This document shows, piece by piece, positions 39,551 to 49,982 of a stretch of DNA of 64,000 nucleotides. Source of the DNA: Clostridia bacterium. GTDB taxonomy: Bacteria > Bacillota > Clostridia > Oscillospirales > Acutalibacteraceae. The notes under the pieces are model-generated. The model was not told where the DNA came from. It ran no database searches and saw only the letters and a program-made list of their open reading frames with translations. How positions within the stretch are numbered: position 1 is the stretch's first letter; each line of letters starts with the position of its first letter. A program made the position numbers and the translations under genes. The stretch covers positions 7,309 to 71,308 of the forward strand of contig JAFQWC010000139.1 in the NCBI GenBank assembly GCA_017407665.1, written 5' to 3'.

Positions 39551-40501
39551 TTACAGTTTGCGGTAGCCGGTTTCAAAATCCACCACATTTTTGAGCGGTT
39601 TTCCGGCACAGAATGCCCGCAGATTCTCCGCCATAATGCGGATAATGCGGTTGTGGGTCTCCTCTAAGTGGAATCCGCCGGAAACGTGCGGCGTGATGAC
39701 CGCGTTTTCCTGCTTCCAAAGCAGATGGTCCGCCGGCAGGGGCTCGGGATCCGTGACATCGAGGCCGGCACCGGAGAGCTTGCCGCTTTCGAGGGCATCC
39801 ACCAGTGCGTCGCTGTCCACGATCATGCCGCGGCCCACGTTGAGCAAAATGGCGCCGTCCTTCATCTTCGCGAGGCGTTCGGCGCCGAACATACCCTTCG
39901 TTTCCTTCGTGCCCGGGAGCGTGATGGCCACGCAGTCGGCTTTGGGCAGGTACTCGTCCAGCTTTTCGGTGAGGATCAACTCGTCCACGTAATCGGGCTT
40001 ATCGGTGCCCTTGCGGCGCACGCCGATGACATACGCGCCCAGCGCTTTGGCGCGCTTTGCAAATTCGCCGCCGATATCACCGAGACCCAGCACGAGCACG
40101 GTGGATTCCCATGCGGATGTAACCGGGCCGAGATCCTTCCATTCGCCGGTGTGCTGCACGTCGCGGTAGGTGTGCAGCTTCTTCATCAGCTCCAGCCACA
40201 CGGCAAGCATATACTCGGAAATGGCAAGGCCGTATGCGCCGGTGGCGTTGGTCAGCACGGCGTTTTCCGGCAGACAGCCGTCGAGGTAGCCGTCTACGCC
40301 GGCACTGTTTGTCTGCAGCCACTGCAGTTTGTCCTCGGGAGAGATCATCGACGGCGCAGCGTTGCCGAGGATGACCTCGGCCTGCGCCACATCTTCCCGC
40401 GTCGGGTTTTCTTTATAGATAAACTCCGCATCGGGCGCGGCCGCTTCCAGCCACGCGCGGTGCTTTTCGTTTGTCGGAACAACAACCAGAACTTTCATCA
40501 C
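39551..40501 (-). CDS. D-2-hydroxyacid dehydrogenase family protein
   Basis: GLGDIG, NVGRG, LDVTDPEPL, TPHVSG. Confidence 0.9.
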   Translation of the reverse strand: MMKVLVVVPTNEKHRAWLEAAAPDAEFIYKENPTREDVAQAEVILGNAAPSMISPEDKLQWLQTNSAGVDGYLDGCLPENAVLTNATGAYGLAISEYMLAVWLELMKKLHTYRDVQHTGEWKDLGPVTSAWESTVLVLGLGDIGGEFAKRAKALGAYVIGVRRKGTDKPDYVDELILTEKLDEYLPKADCVAITLPGTKETKGMFGAERLAKMKDGAILLNVGRGMIVDSDALVDALESGKLSGAGLDVTDPEPLPADHLLWKQENAVITPHVSGGFHLEETHNRIIRIMAENLRAFCAGKPLKNVVDFETGYRKL

Positions 40502-42396
40502 AGCTTTTCAATTTCCTCCATCCAGATTCGGAACGATGCGTCACTCGGCATATGGAAATCACCGCGGGGCGACAGCGTGACGGAACCCACCTTCGGGCCG
40601 TCCGGCAGGCAGGAACGCTTGAACTGCTGCGTGAAGAAACGGCGGTAGAAGGTTCTGAGCCACTTTTTGATAGTGTCCGCATCGTAGACACCGGCAAAGG
40701 AGCGCTCGGCCATCGCGTAAATTTTACCCGGTGTAAATCCGAAACGCATCATATAATACAAGAAGTAGTCGTGCAGCTCGTAGGGTCCGACGAGGTCCTC
40801 GGTCTTCTGCGCGATCTCACCGTCCTTCGGCGGCAGAAGCTCCGGGCTGACCGGGGTATCGAGAATATCCAGCAGCACGCGGCGCAGGGCATCGCTGCCC
40901 GTCATGGCGATGTGGCGCACCAAGTGGCGCACGAGCGTCTTCGGAATGGAACCGTTCACGCCGTACATAGACATATGGTCGCCGTTGTAGGTGGCCCAGC
41001 CGAGCGCCAGCTCGGACAGGTCGCCGGTGCCGATGACGATGCCGTTGAAGCGGTTCGCAAAGTCCATGAGCACCTGTGTGCGCTCGCGGGCCTGCGCGTT
41101 CTCAAAGGTGACGTCCAGCACGGACGGGTCATGGCCGATATCCTTGAAGTGCTGCTCCACGGCGGCTGTGATCGGGATCTCGCGGAAATCCACCTGCAGC
41201 TCCTCGGCGAGATACTGCGCGTTGCTCTTTGTGCGCTTTGTGGTGCCGAAGCACGGCATGGACACGGTGCGGATGCCGTCCCTCGGGTAGCCGAGGAGGT
41301 CAAACGCACGGGCGGTGACGAGCAGCGCGAGGGTGGAATCCAGACCGCCGGACAGACCGATCACCGCGGTCTTGCAGCCAATGTGGCCGAGGCGGCCGGC
41401 GAGACCCGCGGCCTGCATCTGCAGGATGGACTCGCAGCGCGCGGCAAGTTCCGCGCTGTCCTTCGGGATGAACGGGAACGGATACATCACGCGGTCGGTA
41501 TCAAACGCGGGCAGCTTCATGCCGATCTCGAGAACCACGCACTCGCCATGCTCCTTCCATGTGCTCATACGGCGGCGATCCTGAATGAGGCGCTCGACGT
41601 CCACGTCGCCGTACAGGATTCCGGTTTCAAACAACTTGCTTTCGCGGATCATTTCCGCGTTCTCACAGATCATGCGGTGGCCGGCGAACACCATATCCGT
41701 GGTGCTTTCGCCGAATCCGGCATCCGCGTAGGCGTAGGCTGCCGCCAGACGGCCGGAGTGCATCCGCACCAGATCGCGGCGGTAATCGGCTCTGCCGACC
41801 ATTTCATTGCTGCAGGCCAGATTCAAAAGAATGGTTGCGCCGCCCAGCGCCAGACGGGTGCTGACGGGCTCGGCTGCGAACAGATCGTCTGCGATCTCCA
41901 CGCCCACCACGGCATCGTGGCCGAGGTCGAACAGGACATTGCGGCAGTCGTACCAGTCGCCGTCAAAACGGATCATACCGTTTTCCGGTGCCGGTGTGAA
42001 CCAGCGGGCTTCATCGGTCTCGTTGTAATTCGGAATGTGCTGTTTGGCGGGCAGGGCCAGCAGCTCACCGCGGCAGAACACGGCCGCGCAGTTGTACAGC
42101 GCGCCGCCCGCCGCTACGGGCAGACCCACCGCGCAGAGGATATCGAGATCCTTCGTATTTTCGATCAGCGCAAGGAGGCAATCCTGCGCGCTTTGGATCA
42201 GCTTTCTTTCGCGGAACAGGTCGCCGCAGGTGTAGCCTGTGACGGAAAGCTCCGGGAACACGATCACAGCCGCGCCGTTTTCCGACGCCTCCCGGATCAT
42301 CTTTTCCATTTCCGCTGTGTTGTGCGGGCAGTCCGCAACCTTCACGCGCGGCGCGGCGGCGGCAATGCGAATGTACCCTTCGATCTGCTTGCTCAT
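40498..42396 (-). CDS. nadE: NAD+ synthetase, two-domain (glutaminase domain degenerate)
   Basis: FPELSVTGYTCGD, SGGLDS, ENAQARER, VSPEL; the nitrilase Cys motif reads EIADD. Confidence 0.93.
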   Translation of the reverse strand: MSKQIEGYIRIAAAAPRVKVADCPHNTAEMEKMIREASENGAAVIVFPELSVTGYTCGDLFRERKLIQSAQDCLLALIENTKDLDILCAVGLPVAAGGALYNCAAVFCRGELLALPAKQHIPNYNETDEARWFTPAPENGMIRFDGDWYDCRNVLFDLGHDAVVGVEIADDLFAAEPVSTRLALGGATILLNLACSNEMVGRADYRRDLVRMHSGRLAAAYAYADAGFGESTTDMVFAGHRMICENAEMIRESKLFETGILYGDVDVERLIQDRRRMSTWKEHGECVVLEIGMKLPAFDTDRVMYPFPFIPKDSAELAARCESILQMQAAGLAGRLGHIGCKTAVIGLSGGLDSTLALLVTARAFDLLGYPRDGIRTVSMPCFGTTKRTKSNAQYLAEELQVDFREIPITAAVEQHFKDIGHDPSVLDVTFENAQARERTQVLMDFANRFNGIVIGTGDLSELALGWATYNGDHMSMYGVNGSIPKTLVRHLVRHIAMTGSDALRRVLLDILDTPVSPELLPPKDGEIAQKTEDLVGPYELHDYFLYYMMRFGFTPGKIYAMAERSFAGVYDADTIKKWLRTFYRRFFTQQFKRSCLPDGPKVGSVTLSPRGDFHMPSDASFRIWMEEIEKL

Positions 42397-42492
42397 AAAA
42401 ATCACTGATCCTTTCTGCACAAATTCCCCCTGCCCAAACAGAGCAGGGGGAAAGTTTTATCCAATATAATCCCCGGCACTGGGTTCCGGTAT

Positions 42493-44091
42493 TTATTCGT
42501 CCGGTGTGATGTCCATACCCGGCTCCGGCAGTTCCGGCGCAGGTGCGGGCTCCGGTGTGGGTTCCGGAATCGGTGTGGGCGCCGGTGTCACGGTTACTTC
42601 CGGCGTCGGCTCCGGTGTCACCGTGGGCTCCTGTGTTACCGGCGGTTCGGTGGGATCCGGTGTTGCGGATGTATCCGGAGACGGAGAGGCTTCCGGAGAC
42701 GGAGATGCACCCGGCACGGGGTTCGTGCTGGTATCCGTACCCGGGCCTACCTTGTAGGTGGGACCGGTGGGACGGTAGTAGGAGGAGGGCAGCGCTTCCG
42801 TCTTGATGACTTCGCCGTCCTTGATATAGTCTCTCCAGGCTTCTGCGGTATAACCGTAATTGCCCTTGCTGACTTCCACGATTTCATCCTTCTGGAGTTT
42901 ATCGTCCACCTCGTAGGTGACCTTCTCCAGACGTGCCAGTGTGCCGGTCTGCTTGGAATAGACCTCAATGCTGTCCCATTCTGTCGGCTTCTTGCCGTAG
43001 AAACGAACGAACAGGTCCTTGCCTTCCATCCAGGCCATGATGTACACGGGCGTATCCAGATCGTTTTTGAACTTAAAGTCCAGAGAACGGTAACTGACCG
43101 CCGCATCCTGACCGATCGGCACGTAAGTAGACGGTACGGAATGGCTGCCGCGGTCCACGATGGTCATGCCGGCACGCAGCGCCGCGCCGTAAATCGTGGT
43201 GGACGCCTGGCAGATGCCGCCGCCGTACATGGGCACGAGGATGCCGTTCATCAGGCCGTTCGCCGGCTTAAAGCCGCTGGCTGCGTTGGTGGAATCTCCC
43301 ACCTTGGCTTCAAAGGAGAACAGCTCGCCCGGATTGAGCACGGTGCCGTCCACGCGGGACAGGGCAAGACCCATGTTGTGGTCGCCGTTCGAGGAGTTGG
43401 TGGACTTCGTGGTGTATTCGGAAATGAGCGCCATGCTTTCTTTCAGCGCCTCGGTGGTCACGGCTGCGGGAGCTTCCACCATGACGGCCTGCACGGTACC
43501 GCTGTTGCGGCTCTTGAACTGATCGAGTACCGCCTGCACGGTCTCTTTGGTATCCAGCACGAGGCCGTCCACGCTTTCCGTGAAGACGAACTCTTTCTTT
43601 TCGTAATCGTAGTGGTCGATGCTGGCATCCTGACCTTCCACGTTGAATTCCGCACTGCGGGTGTTGAGCTCGCTTTCCAGCTCCGGTGCGCGCAGATGAT
43701 AATTGATCTCGTTCTGTCCCGGCTCACGGCTCTTGAGCAGATTGCTGAGCGCATAATCCAGTGTATCGGCGATCACGATATCCTCGGCGGTCAGATCCAT
43801 GCTGATCTCCTCTGTGATCTGCAGCGTGACCTGTACGTGTTCAAATTTCTGCGCAACGGCTGCGCGGCAGGCTTCCAGCGCCTCTTCCAGATTCATACCG
43901 GAAATGTCCACGCTGTCCATCATCGTACCGCTCACAAAGCGGGAAGGATCGGTCTCCTCCTCCACGATCTCCTGTTCCGGTGCTTCTTCCTCCGCTTTCA
44001 GCAGTCCGCAGCCGGATGCACCGACCGCAAGCGCCAAAATCAGCAGCAAAAGAGCCGCCGCCGACAGAATGTTTCTTACCTTTTTCATCAT
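42493..44091 (-). CDS. VanW-family lipoprotein with G5-like domain and Pro/Thr tail
   Basis: Lipobox ASGC; GGGICQASTT..HS..YVPIGQDA. Confidence 0.85.
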   Translation of the reverse strand: MMKKVRNILSAAALLLLILALAVGASGCGLLKAEEEAPEQEIVEEETDPSRFVSGTMMDSVDISGMNLEEALEACRAAVAQKFEHVQVTLQITEEISMDLTAEDIVIADTLDYALSNLLKSREPGQNEINYHLRAPELESELNTRSAEFNVEGQDASIDHYDYEKKEFVFTESVDGLVLDTKETVQAVLDQFKSRNSGTVQAVMVEAPAAVTTEALKESMALISEYTTKSTNSSNGDHNMGLALSRVDGTVLNPGELFSFEAKVGDSTNAASGFKPANGLMNGILVPMYGGGICQASTTIYGAALRAGMTIVDRGSHSVPSTYVPIGQDAAVSYRSLDFKFKNDLDTPVYIMAWMEGKDLFVRFYGKKPTEWDSIEVYSKQTGTLARLEKVTYEVDDKLQKDEIVEVSKGNYGYTAEAWRDYIKDGEVIKTEALPSSYYRPTGPTYKVGPGTDTSTNPVPGASPSPEASPSPDTSATPDPTEPPVTQEPTVTPEPTPEVTVTPAPTPIPEPTPEPAPAPELPEPGMDITPDE

Positions 44092-44379
44092 GTACCCATT
44101 CCTTTCTCAAGTTCCGAAATTTGTGTATTTCTACGCCAAACAGCGAAAATTCTCTGCCTTTTTACAAAAAACGACATATGTATTTCAGACACAAATTCAT
44201 TATACCCGCATGTCGGCGGGTTGTAAAGAACAACTTCTTAAAAGTGCCTTAAAAATTGCGGATTTGGCTTTGAACCGCTGGAAATTTGAAACAGATTATG
44301 TTAGACTATCCATGAACATAAATATCCATGATACTCATACACATACATACAGTAGAAAACAAAAAGGAGCGTTATTGGT

Positions 44380-45969
44380 ATGCGTATTCTGATCCTGACC
44401 TGCGCCACCGGCGGCGGACATCTGCGTGCAGCGGCCGCTCTGGAAAAATACATCCGCGATACCACGGATCATGAAGTCATTCAGATGGATTTCCTCAAGA
44501 GCATCGGTAAGCTGCTGGACAAAACCGTCTGCGACAGCTACCTGTTCATGGCCAAGAAGATCCCGAACGTATTCGGCCACTTTTACCGGAAAACGAACGA
44601 GGATTCCGCCCTGGCCGATCTGCTGCCCCGCTCCTCCGAGCTGATCTCCTGGCAGCTTCTGCCCCACATTCAGGAAGCCGACCCCGATGTCATCATCAGT
44701 GTCCATCCGTTTGCCACGGAGATGATCTCCGGCCTCAAGGGCGAGAAAAAAGTGACCTGCCCCCTCATCTGCATCATGACCGACTATGGCGTGCACAAGG
44801 CATGGCTCGCGCCGAACGTCGATGCTTACGTGGTCGCAAGTGACCACATGGTGGATGAGCTGCGCCGCTGCGGTGTGGAGGCCGAGAAGATCAACCCTTA
44901 CGGTATCCCGGTGCACGATGTCTTCTTCGATAAGCAGGATCAGGCCACGCTGCTGCAGGAAATGGGCCTCGAGCCGCACGTGCCGACCATTCTGTTCATG
45001 GCCGGCAGCATGGGCGTGTCCAACATTCTGGAGCTGTACAACTCCCTCTGCGCCTCCCCGCTCGAGCTGCAGATGATCCTCATCACCGGCAACAACAAAA
45101 AGCTGTACGATCTGTTCAGCGAGCAGGTCAAGACCTCCCCGAAAAAGACCGTTCTTCTGGGCTTCACAAAAGAAGTGGAGCGCTATATGCACGCGTCCGA
45201 CCTGATCGTCACAAAGCCCGGCGGCCTCACCGTTTCCGAGGCGCTCGCGTGCAATCTGCCGCTTGCGGTGTTCGATGCCATCCCCGGACAGGAGGAGGAC
45301 AACGCGAACTTCCTGCAGATCCACGATATGGGCGTGCGCATCTCGAACGACAATTTCTCCGCCGTAATCTCCTCCCTCATCGAGCACAAGGAGCGCCTGC
45401 GCCGGATGCGCGAAAACTGCCGTTCCTTTGATAAATCCCGTGCAAACGAAAATATTGTCGCTCTGGCCGAAAAGCTGGCCAAGAGCTATGTCGGCTGCAA
45501 CCCCGACGTTCGCTTCGAGACGCACAAGGGCGATTTCTGCCTGCGCGCGGCGGCGGTCATACAGCATGAAGGCCGCGTGCTTCTGGCGAAAGATGCCCTG
45601 CCGGCCTACTATCTGCCCGGCGGCGGCGTGACCATGCACGAGACCGCAGAAGGCGCACTGCAGCGCGAGCTTTCCGAGGAACTCGGGATCGAGGCTGTGA
45701 TTCAGCGCCCGCTGTGGATCACCGAGCGCTTCTTCCGGAACCCGACAAGCGGACGGCGCACCCATGAGCTGTGCACCTACTTTTCCGTGGACATTTCCGG
45801 CACGGATCTGCTCTCCCGCGGCGATCGTTTTGCCGGCCGCGACGCGGAGGAAAGCTTCGAGTGGGTACCGCTGGAAACCCTCGGCGAGCAGAACATTGTC
45901 CCTGCCTTTTTGAAGACCGGTCTGCAGGACCTGCCGGACACGGTACAATTCCTCACCCTTACAAAATAA
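44380..45969 (+). CDS. MGDG-synthase/UgtP-like glycosyltransferase fused to C-terminal NUDIX domain
   Basis: TGGGH, TDYGVH, TKPGGLT..EA, IPGQEEDN; then PGGGVTMHETAEGALQRELSEELG (Nudix box). Confidence 0.88.
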   Translation: MRILILTCATGGGHLRAAAALEKYIRDTTDHEVIQMDFLKSIGKLLDKTVCDSYLFMAKKIPNVFGHFYRKTNEDSALADLLPRSSELISWQLLPHIQEADPDVIISVHPFATEMISGLKGEKKVTCPLICIMTDYGVHKAWLAPNVDAYVVASDHMVDELRRCGVEAEKINPYGIPVHDVFFDKQDQATLLQEMGLEPHVPTILFMAGSMGVSNILELYNSLCASPLELQMILITGNNKKLYDLFSEQVKTSPKKTVLLGFTKEVERYMHASDLIVTKPGGLTVSEALACNLPLAVFDAIPGQEEDNANFLQIHDMGVRISNDNFSAVISSLIEHKERLRRMRENCRSFDKSRANENIVALAEKLAKSYVGCNPDVRFETHKGDFCLRAAAVIQHEGRVLLAKDALPAYYLPGGGVTMHETAEGALQRELSEELGIEAVIQRPLWITERFFRNPTSGRRTHELCTYFSVDISGTDLLSRGDRFAGRDAEESFEWVPLETLGEQNIVPAFLKTGLQDLPDTVQFLTLTK

Positions 45970-46023
45970 TATACGACGCAAAAAAACGGATGCTGACGAG
46001 AGCATCCGTTCTTTTTTATTGTA

Positions 46024-46491
46024 TTACAGCTTTTCGATTGGGAAGAACATATAGCCCTGCCCGTCTGCGGGGTCGGTGAAATCGTGCACCGCGCCCGCCA
46101 GCGTCCATCCGTTTTCTTCGAGATACCCGAGCATTTTCGGGAAAATATCCGGCGCATCCACCTGCACGCGCAGGTACACAAACCCCGGCACGGTCCATTT
46201 CGTCCAGCCTGCGGGGGCCTGTGCGTCGTCGAGCACCTCCGCGCCGGCCAGATACAGCCCCTTCGAGAAGCCGTCTTCCCACGGCTGAAAGGACAGGGAG
46301 AGATCCGACATCGCACCCCAAAAGCCCACCGGCATCCCGTTTTCGCTCCGCTTCACGAGCGGCTCGATCTCCGGAAAATGCTCGTTCGCCGCCTGCCACA
46401 GCCGGGCGATGAAGCCCTCGCCGTCCTCTGTTGTTCCCAGTCTGCCGATCACCGCAAAAGCGGGCTTTGTGATTTTTTCGATCCGCATCAT
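46024..46491 (-). CDS. GyrI-like small-molecule binding protein
   Basis: FAVIG..LW..YLAG..GWTKW..PIEK; start approximate. Confidence 0.75.
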   Translation of the reverse strand: MMRIEKITKPAFAVIGRLGTTEDGEGFIARLWQAANEHFPEIEPLVKRSENGMPVGFWGAMSDLSLSFQPWEDGFSKGLYLAGAEVLDDAQAPAGWTKWTVPGFVYLRVQVDAPDIFPKMLGYLEENGWTLAGAVHDFTDPADGQGYMFFPIEKL

Positions 46492-46502
46492 GTTCATCCT
46501 TT

Positions 46503-46895
46503 CTATCTTAGGATCCGGATCTCCGCCCGGCCGTCCGCATCGAACCGCTCGATCTCGTAGGTCAGCGGTCCGTCTTTGTAAATTTCCTCGTACAGCACAT
46601 CCAGCGTATCCGCTGTGGCCGTATACCGTTTCCATCCGTCGTCTGGCAAATGAAGTACCGTGTATTCCGCATCCGGGAACCGCTGCTTGATGGTCTCCGT
46701 GCCGGCCGGCAAGCCGTCCTCCGTACCGATCAGGTAGCAGAGCGTATCGTTCTCCCAGCCATAGCCGACACCGCTGAGCGTGCAATCCGGAAACAGCGCC
46801 CGCATCGCATCCCAGAACGCGCCGATGGCCTCGAACTGTTCCCCGTTCGCGCAGGTAAAACGGATCTGTATCCCCTGCAGGATCATCTTACGCAC
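46503..46895 (-). CDS. GyrI-like/effector-binding domain protein
   Basis: IGAFWD..YLIG..LYEEIY..YEIE; within the AraC operon. Confidence 0.6.
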   Translation of the reverse strand: MRKMILQGIQIRFTCANGEQFEAIGAFWDAMRALFPDCTLSGVGYGWENDTLCYLIGTEDGLPAGTETIKQRFPDAEYTVLHLPDDGWKRYTATADTLDVLYEEIYKDGPLTYEIERFDADGRAEIRILR

Positions 46896-47724
46896 CCCGC
46901 TTTTTCACCGGGATCCAGATCTCGGTGTGGATATCGTCCCCGTGGTAGATCTCCAGATTGTAATTTGCTGCAAACGCCCACTCCGGGTTGTTCGGCAGCC
47001 ATTCGCGGAAGATCTGCGTATTCACGCGCTGCAATGCACCGCTGCTGTTGAATTTCGCCCATGTGTTGGCCGGTACATCCCAGACATCCAGCCCGTCGGG
47101 CACCTCGCCGCCGTCGTAATCCCCGGCGATCCAGTACTCAAAGGCACCGCTGTCCACATCATCGACGCAGACACCGTAGCGCCCCACATTGCACCGGCCC
47201 TGCAGCTGCGCGTAAATTCTGTCCTTATCGTTTTCGATCACAGCATCCCAATACTTCGGGATGGCCTCATAGGCGTTTTCGAAAGAGAACCGGTGATGCA
47301 CGCCGATCACCCGAAACGCCTCCATCTTTTCTATCGTGTAGTCCATTTCACTGCCGCCTTTCACAAGAATCTCGAGTTTCAGGGGCAGAAACGGCCGGAT
47401 ATCCCCGCGTCGCTGTTTGACCTGCGCGGGAGAAATGCCATGAAACCGCCGGAAGGCCTTCGAAAAGCTCTCCGGTGTATCGTACCCGTACCGCAAAGCC
47501 GTTTCGATCACTTTTTCGCCGCTGAGCAGATCAAGCGCAGCCAGATACAGACGGCGATTGCGGATATATTCTCCGATGGTATACCCGCTCATCAGGTGAA
47601 AGCCCTTCTGGAAATAAAACCCGGAGATATGCACAGCCGCGGCGACATCCTCGGCAGAGATATTCTCCAAAAGATGCGCCTCCATATAGCGCACAGCCTC
47701 CCGGATCGCCCGCGTCCATTCCAT
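46888..47724 (-). CDS. AraC-family regulator with GyrI-like effector domain
   Basis: EYIRNRRL..YGYDTPESFSKAFRRFHGISP. Confidence 0.92.
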   Translation of the reverse strand: MEWTRAIREAVRYMEAHLLENISAEDVAAAVHISGFYFQKGFHLMSGYTIGEYIRNRRLYLAALDLLSGEKVIETALRYGYDTPESFSKAFRRFHGISPAQVKQRRGDIRPFLPLKLEILVKGGSEMDYTIEKMEAFRVIGVHHRFSFENAYEAIPKYWDAVIENDKDRIYAQLQGRCNVGRYGVCVDDVDSGAFEYWIAGDYDGGEVPDGLDVWDVPANTWAKFNSSGALQRVNTQIFREWLPNNPEWAFAANYNLEIYHGDDIHTEIWIPVKKRGA

Positions 47725-47845
47725 TTCCTTTGCCCCTTTCCGCCCTGCATTCAACAGTATACCGCGTTTTCCGCATCTTTTCCCGTCTTTTTCTGCGCAG
47801 ATTTGTCCGCCTACAGTATACCATAGGTTTCCGTGCGGTACAAGC

Positions 47846-48604
47846 TCAAACCAGATGCTGCACCTCGGTCATCGTGCGCCAGTAGCGCTTGGGCATATGA
47901 TTGCGGCGGCAGGCCTCGTTGCGGCGGCTCTCGATGCCGATGGTATCGTAGAACGTGCGCCACATGGCGCGGTAGCGGTATTCCTCCGGTGACGCCGGCG
48001 GAAACCGGATGCGGTCCGCATACAGCGCCTCGGGGCGGCCGTCCCGGTACACGAGCGCCGCCTTGTGGGTGCGGTCGAAGATCATGAAATCCTCCCCGGA
48101 GTAGCGGTTCAGAAAATGCGGGGCGATCATCGGCAGCACGCTGTTTTTCGGCTCGATCTCCGCGATGAGCACCTTCCCGCACTCCGAAAACCGCACCAGT
48201 CCGAGATACAGGTGGCTTTCCCGCTCCAGATGCTTCACGGCCTTGAGGAGGATATCCACCCGCGGATCGGTCATCCGCCGGCAGACGCTGTGCCCCACCT
48301 GATACCCCAGCCGCATGAACCGCAGCATATGCATCTCGCGGTTCGGCAGGCAGGTGTGAAAGGCTTTTTCCAGCAGCTCCTGTGCCTCCGGCCCCAGTTT
48401 GAGCGGGATTGAGTTTTTTACCCGCTCCGCACGGGTATCATCGGTGTTGATGTATTTCGCGCTGAACATGGAGATCTGATCCACGGCGTGGGCGTCGAGG
48501 ATCGCCGCGGGCATTTCCTTTTCGGCGTAGCTTTCGAACACGCAGCTCAGAAAGCCGGCGTAGGAACCGTCATAATAATAGATCACAGCTGACCGGTCAG
48601 ACAT
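47846..48604 (-). CDS. TIGR03915/DUF4130 putative DNA metabolism protein
   Basis: YDGSYAGFLSCVF, RF, HF..R, FYDTIGI..R..MPKRYW. Confidence 0.87.
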   Translation of the reverse strand: MSDRSAVIYYYDGSYAGFLSCVFESYAEKEMPAAILDAHAVDQISMFSAKYINTDDTRAERVKNSIPLKLGPEAQELLEKAFHTCLPNREMHMLRFMRLGYQVGHSVCRRMTDPRVDILLKAVKHLERESHLYLGLVRFSECGKVLIAEIEPKNSVLPMIAPHFLNRYSGEDFMIFDRTHKAALVYRDGRPEALYADRIRFPPASPEEYRYRAMWRTFYDTIGIESRRNEACRRNHMPKRYWRTMTEVQHLV

Positions 48605-49887
48605 TTGACACCATCCTCTCTTGTGGGGGCGAACAGGGAGAGCTGCTCCGGCATTTCCGGCTGAAATCCGCCCTGCGGCAGCCCGCGGTCCCGCAGGATA
48701 CCCATCAGCACGAGCGGGTCGTCGGTTTGGATGCGGCACTGCATCTTTCCCTGACACGTGATGAAATAGCCGGCGCGCTTCAGAACGACGCCCAGCTTTT
48801 TGAGCCCGTCGAAATCCAGCTTCGTTTCGCGGCGGGCACGCAGGATGCGCCTTGCGCTCGTGACGCCGATGCCCGGCACGCGCAGCAGCTTTTCGTACGG
48901 CGCGCGGTTGACTTCCACCGGGAACTCCTCCGGGTGGTTCACGGCCCAGTTGCACTTCGGGTCGAGCAGCGGGTTAAAGTCCGGGTGGTCGTCGTCGAGG
49001 ATCTCCGATGCCGTAAATCCGTAGAACCGCAGAAGCCAATCCGCCTGATACAGCCGGTGTTCGCGAAGGAGCGGCGGCGCGGTATCGAGTGCGGGCAGGT
49101 TTCGGTCCTGCACGAGCGGGATGTATGCGGAATAGAACACGCGCTTCAAGGCATATTTTTTGTAGAGCCCCTCCGTCAGCTGCAGGATACGGCGGTCGCT
49201 TTCCGGCGTGGCCCCGATGATCATCTGCGTGGACTGCCCGCCCGGCACAAACCGGGGCGCGCTGCGGTACTTCACGAGGTCGGTGCTGTTTTCGCGGATG
49301 CCGTCGCGGATCTGCGTCATCGGCGTGAGAATGCTCTCCTTCGTTTTCTGCGGGGCCAGACGCTGCAGGCTGACATTCGACGGCAGCTCGATGTTCACGC
49401 TCATGCGGTCGGCGTAAAAGCCGAGCCTTTGGATCAGCCGTTCGTCCGCGCCGGGGATCCCCTTCACGTGGATGTACCCACCAAAGCGGTACTCCTCCCG
49501 GAGGATGCGCAGCACGGAAAGCATCAGCTCGCAGGTGTAATCGGGATTGCCCACGACGGCGCTGCTGAGGAACAGACCCTCGATGTAGTTGCGGCGGTAA
49601 AACTGGATCGTGAGGTCGGCGAGCTCCCGCGGCAGAAACGTCGCCCGCTCCGTTTCATTCGTGCAGCGGTTGAGGCAGTAGGTGCAGTCATAGGCGCAGG
49701 CGTTGCTCATCAGCACTTTGAGCAGCGAGATACACCGGCCGTCGCTCGCAAAACTGTGGCAGATGCCCGCCGCCACGGCACTGCCCAGCTGTCCCCGCAC
49801 ACCGCCGCGATCCACCCCGCTGGAGGTGCAGGCGACATCGTATTTGGCAGCATCGGTGAGGATGCGCAGTTTTTCCATCGTGTCCAT
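48583..49887 (-). CDS. TIGR03916 putative DNA modification/repair radical SAM protein
   Basis: KYDVACTSSG, CAYDCTYC, REHRLYQADWL, HhH (LRVPGIG). Confidence 0.92.
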   Translation of the reverse strand: MDTMEKLRILTDAAKYDVACTSSGVDRGGVRGQLGSAVAAGICHSFASDGRCISLLKVLMSNACAYDCTYCLNRCTNETERATFLPRELADLTIQFYRRNYIEGLFLSSAVVGNPDYTCELMLSVLRILREEYRFGGYIHVKGIPGADERLIQRLGFYADRMSVNIELPSNVSLQRLAPQKTKESILTPMTQIRDGIRENSTDLVKYRSAPRFVPGGQSTQMIIGATPESDRRILQLTEGLYKKYALKRVFYSAYIPLVQDRNLPALDTAPPLLREHRLYQADWLLRFYGFTASEILDDDHPDFNPLLDPKCNWAVNHPEEFPVEVNRAPYEKLLRVPGIGVTSARRILRARRETKLDFDGLKKLGVVLKRAGYFITCQGKMQCRIQTDDPLVLMGILRDRGLPQGGFQPEMPEQLSLFAPTREDGVKCLTGQL

Positions 49888-49982
49888 ACGGTTTTCCGTC
49901 CCTTTGAATTTCCTTTTTCAAGCTTTTCGGATGCTGACCGCACCTGTTTCAATATCGAATTTTTGTTCGATTGTTTGAGTTT

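Noticed and set aside
42493-42740. Low-complexity CCGG-rich repeats
   Set aside because: Encode the Pro/Thr/Glu tail of the VanW-family protein.
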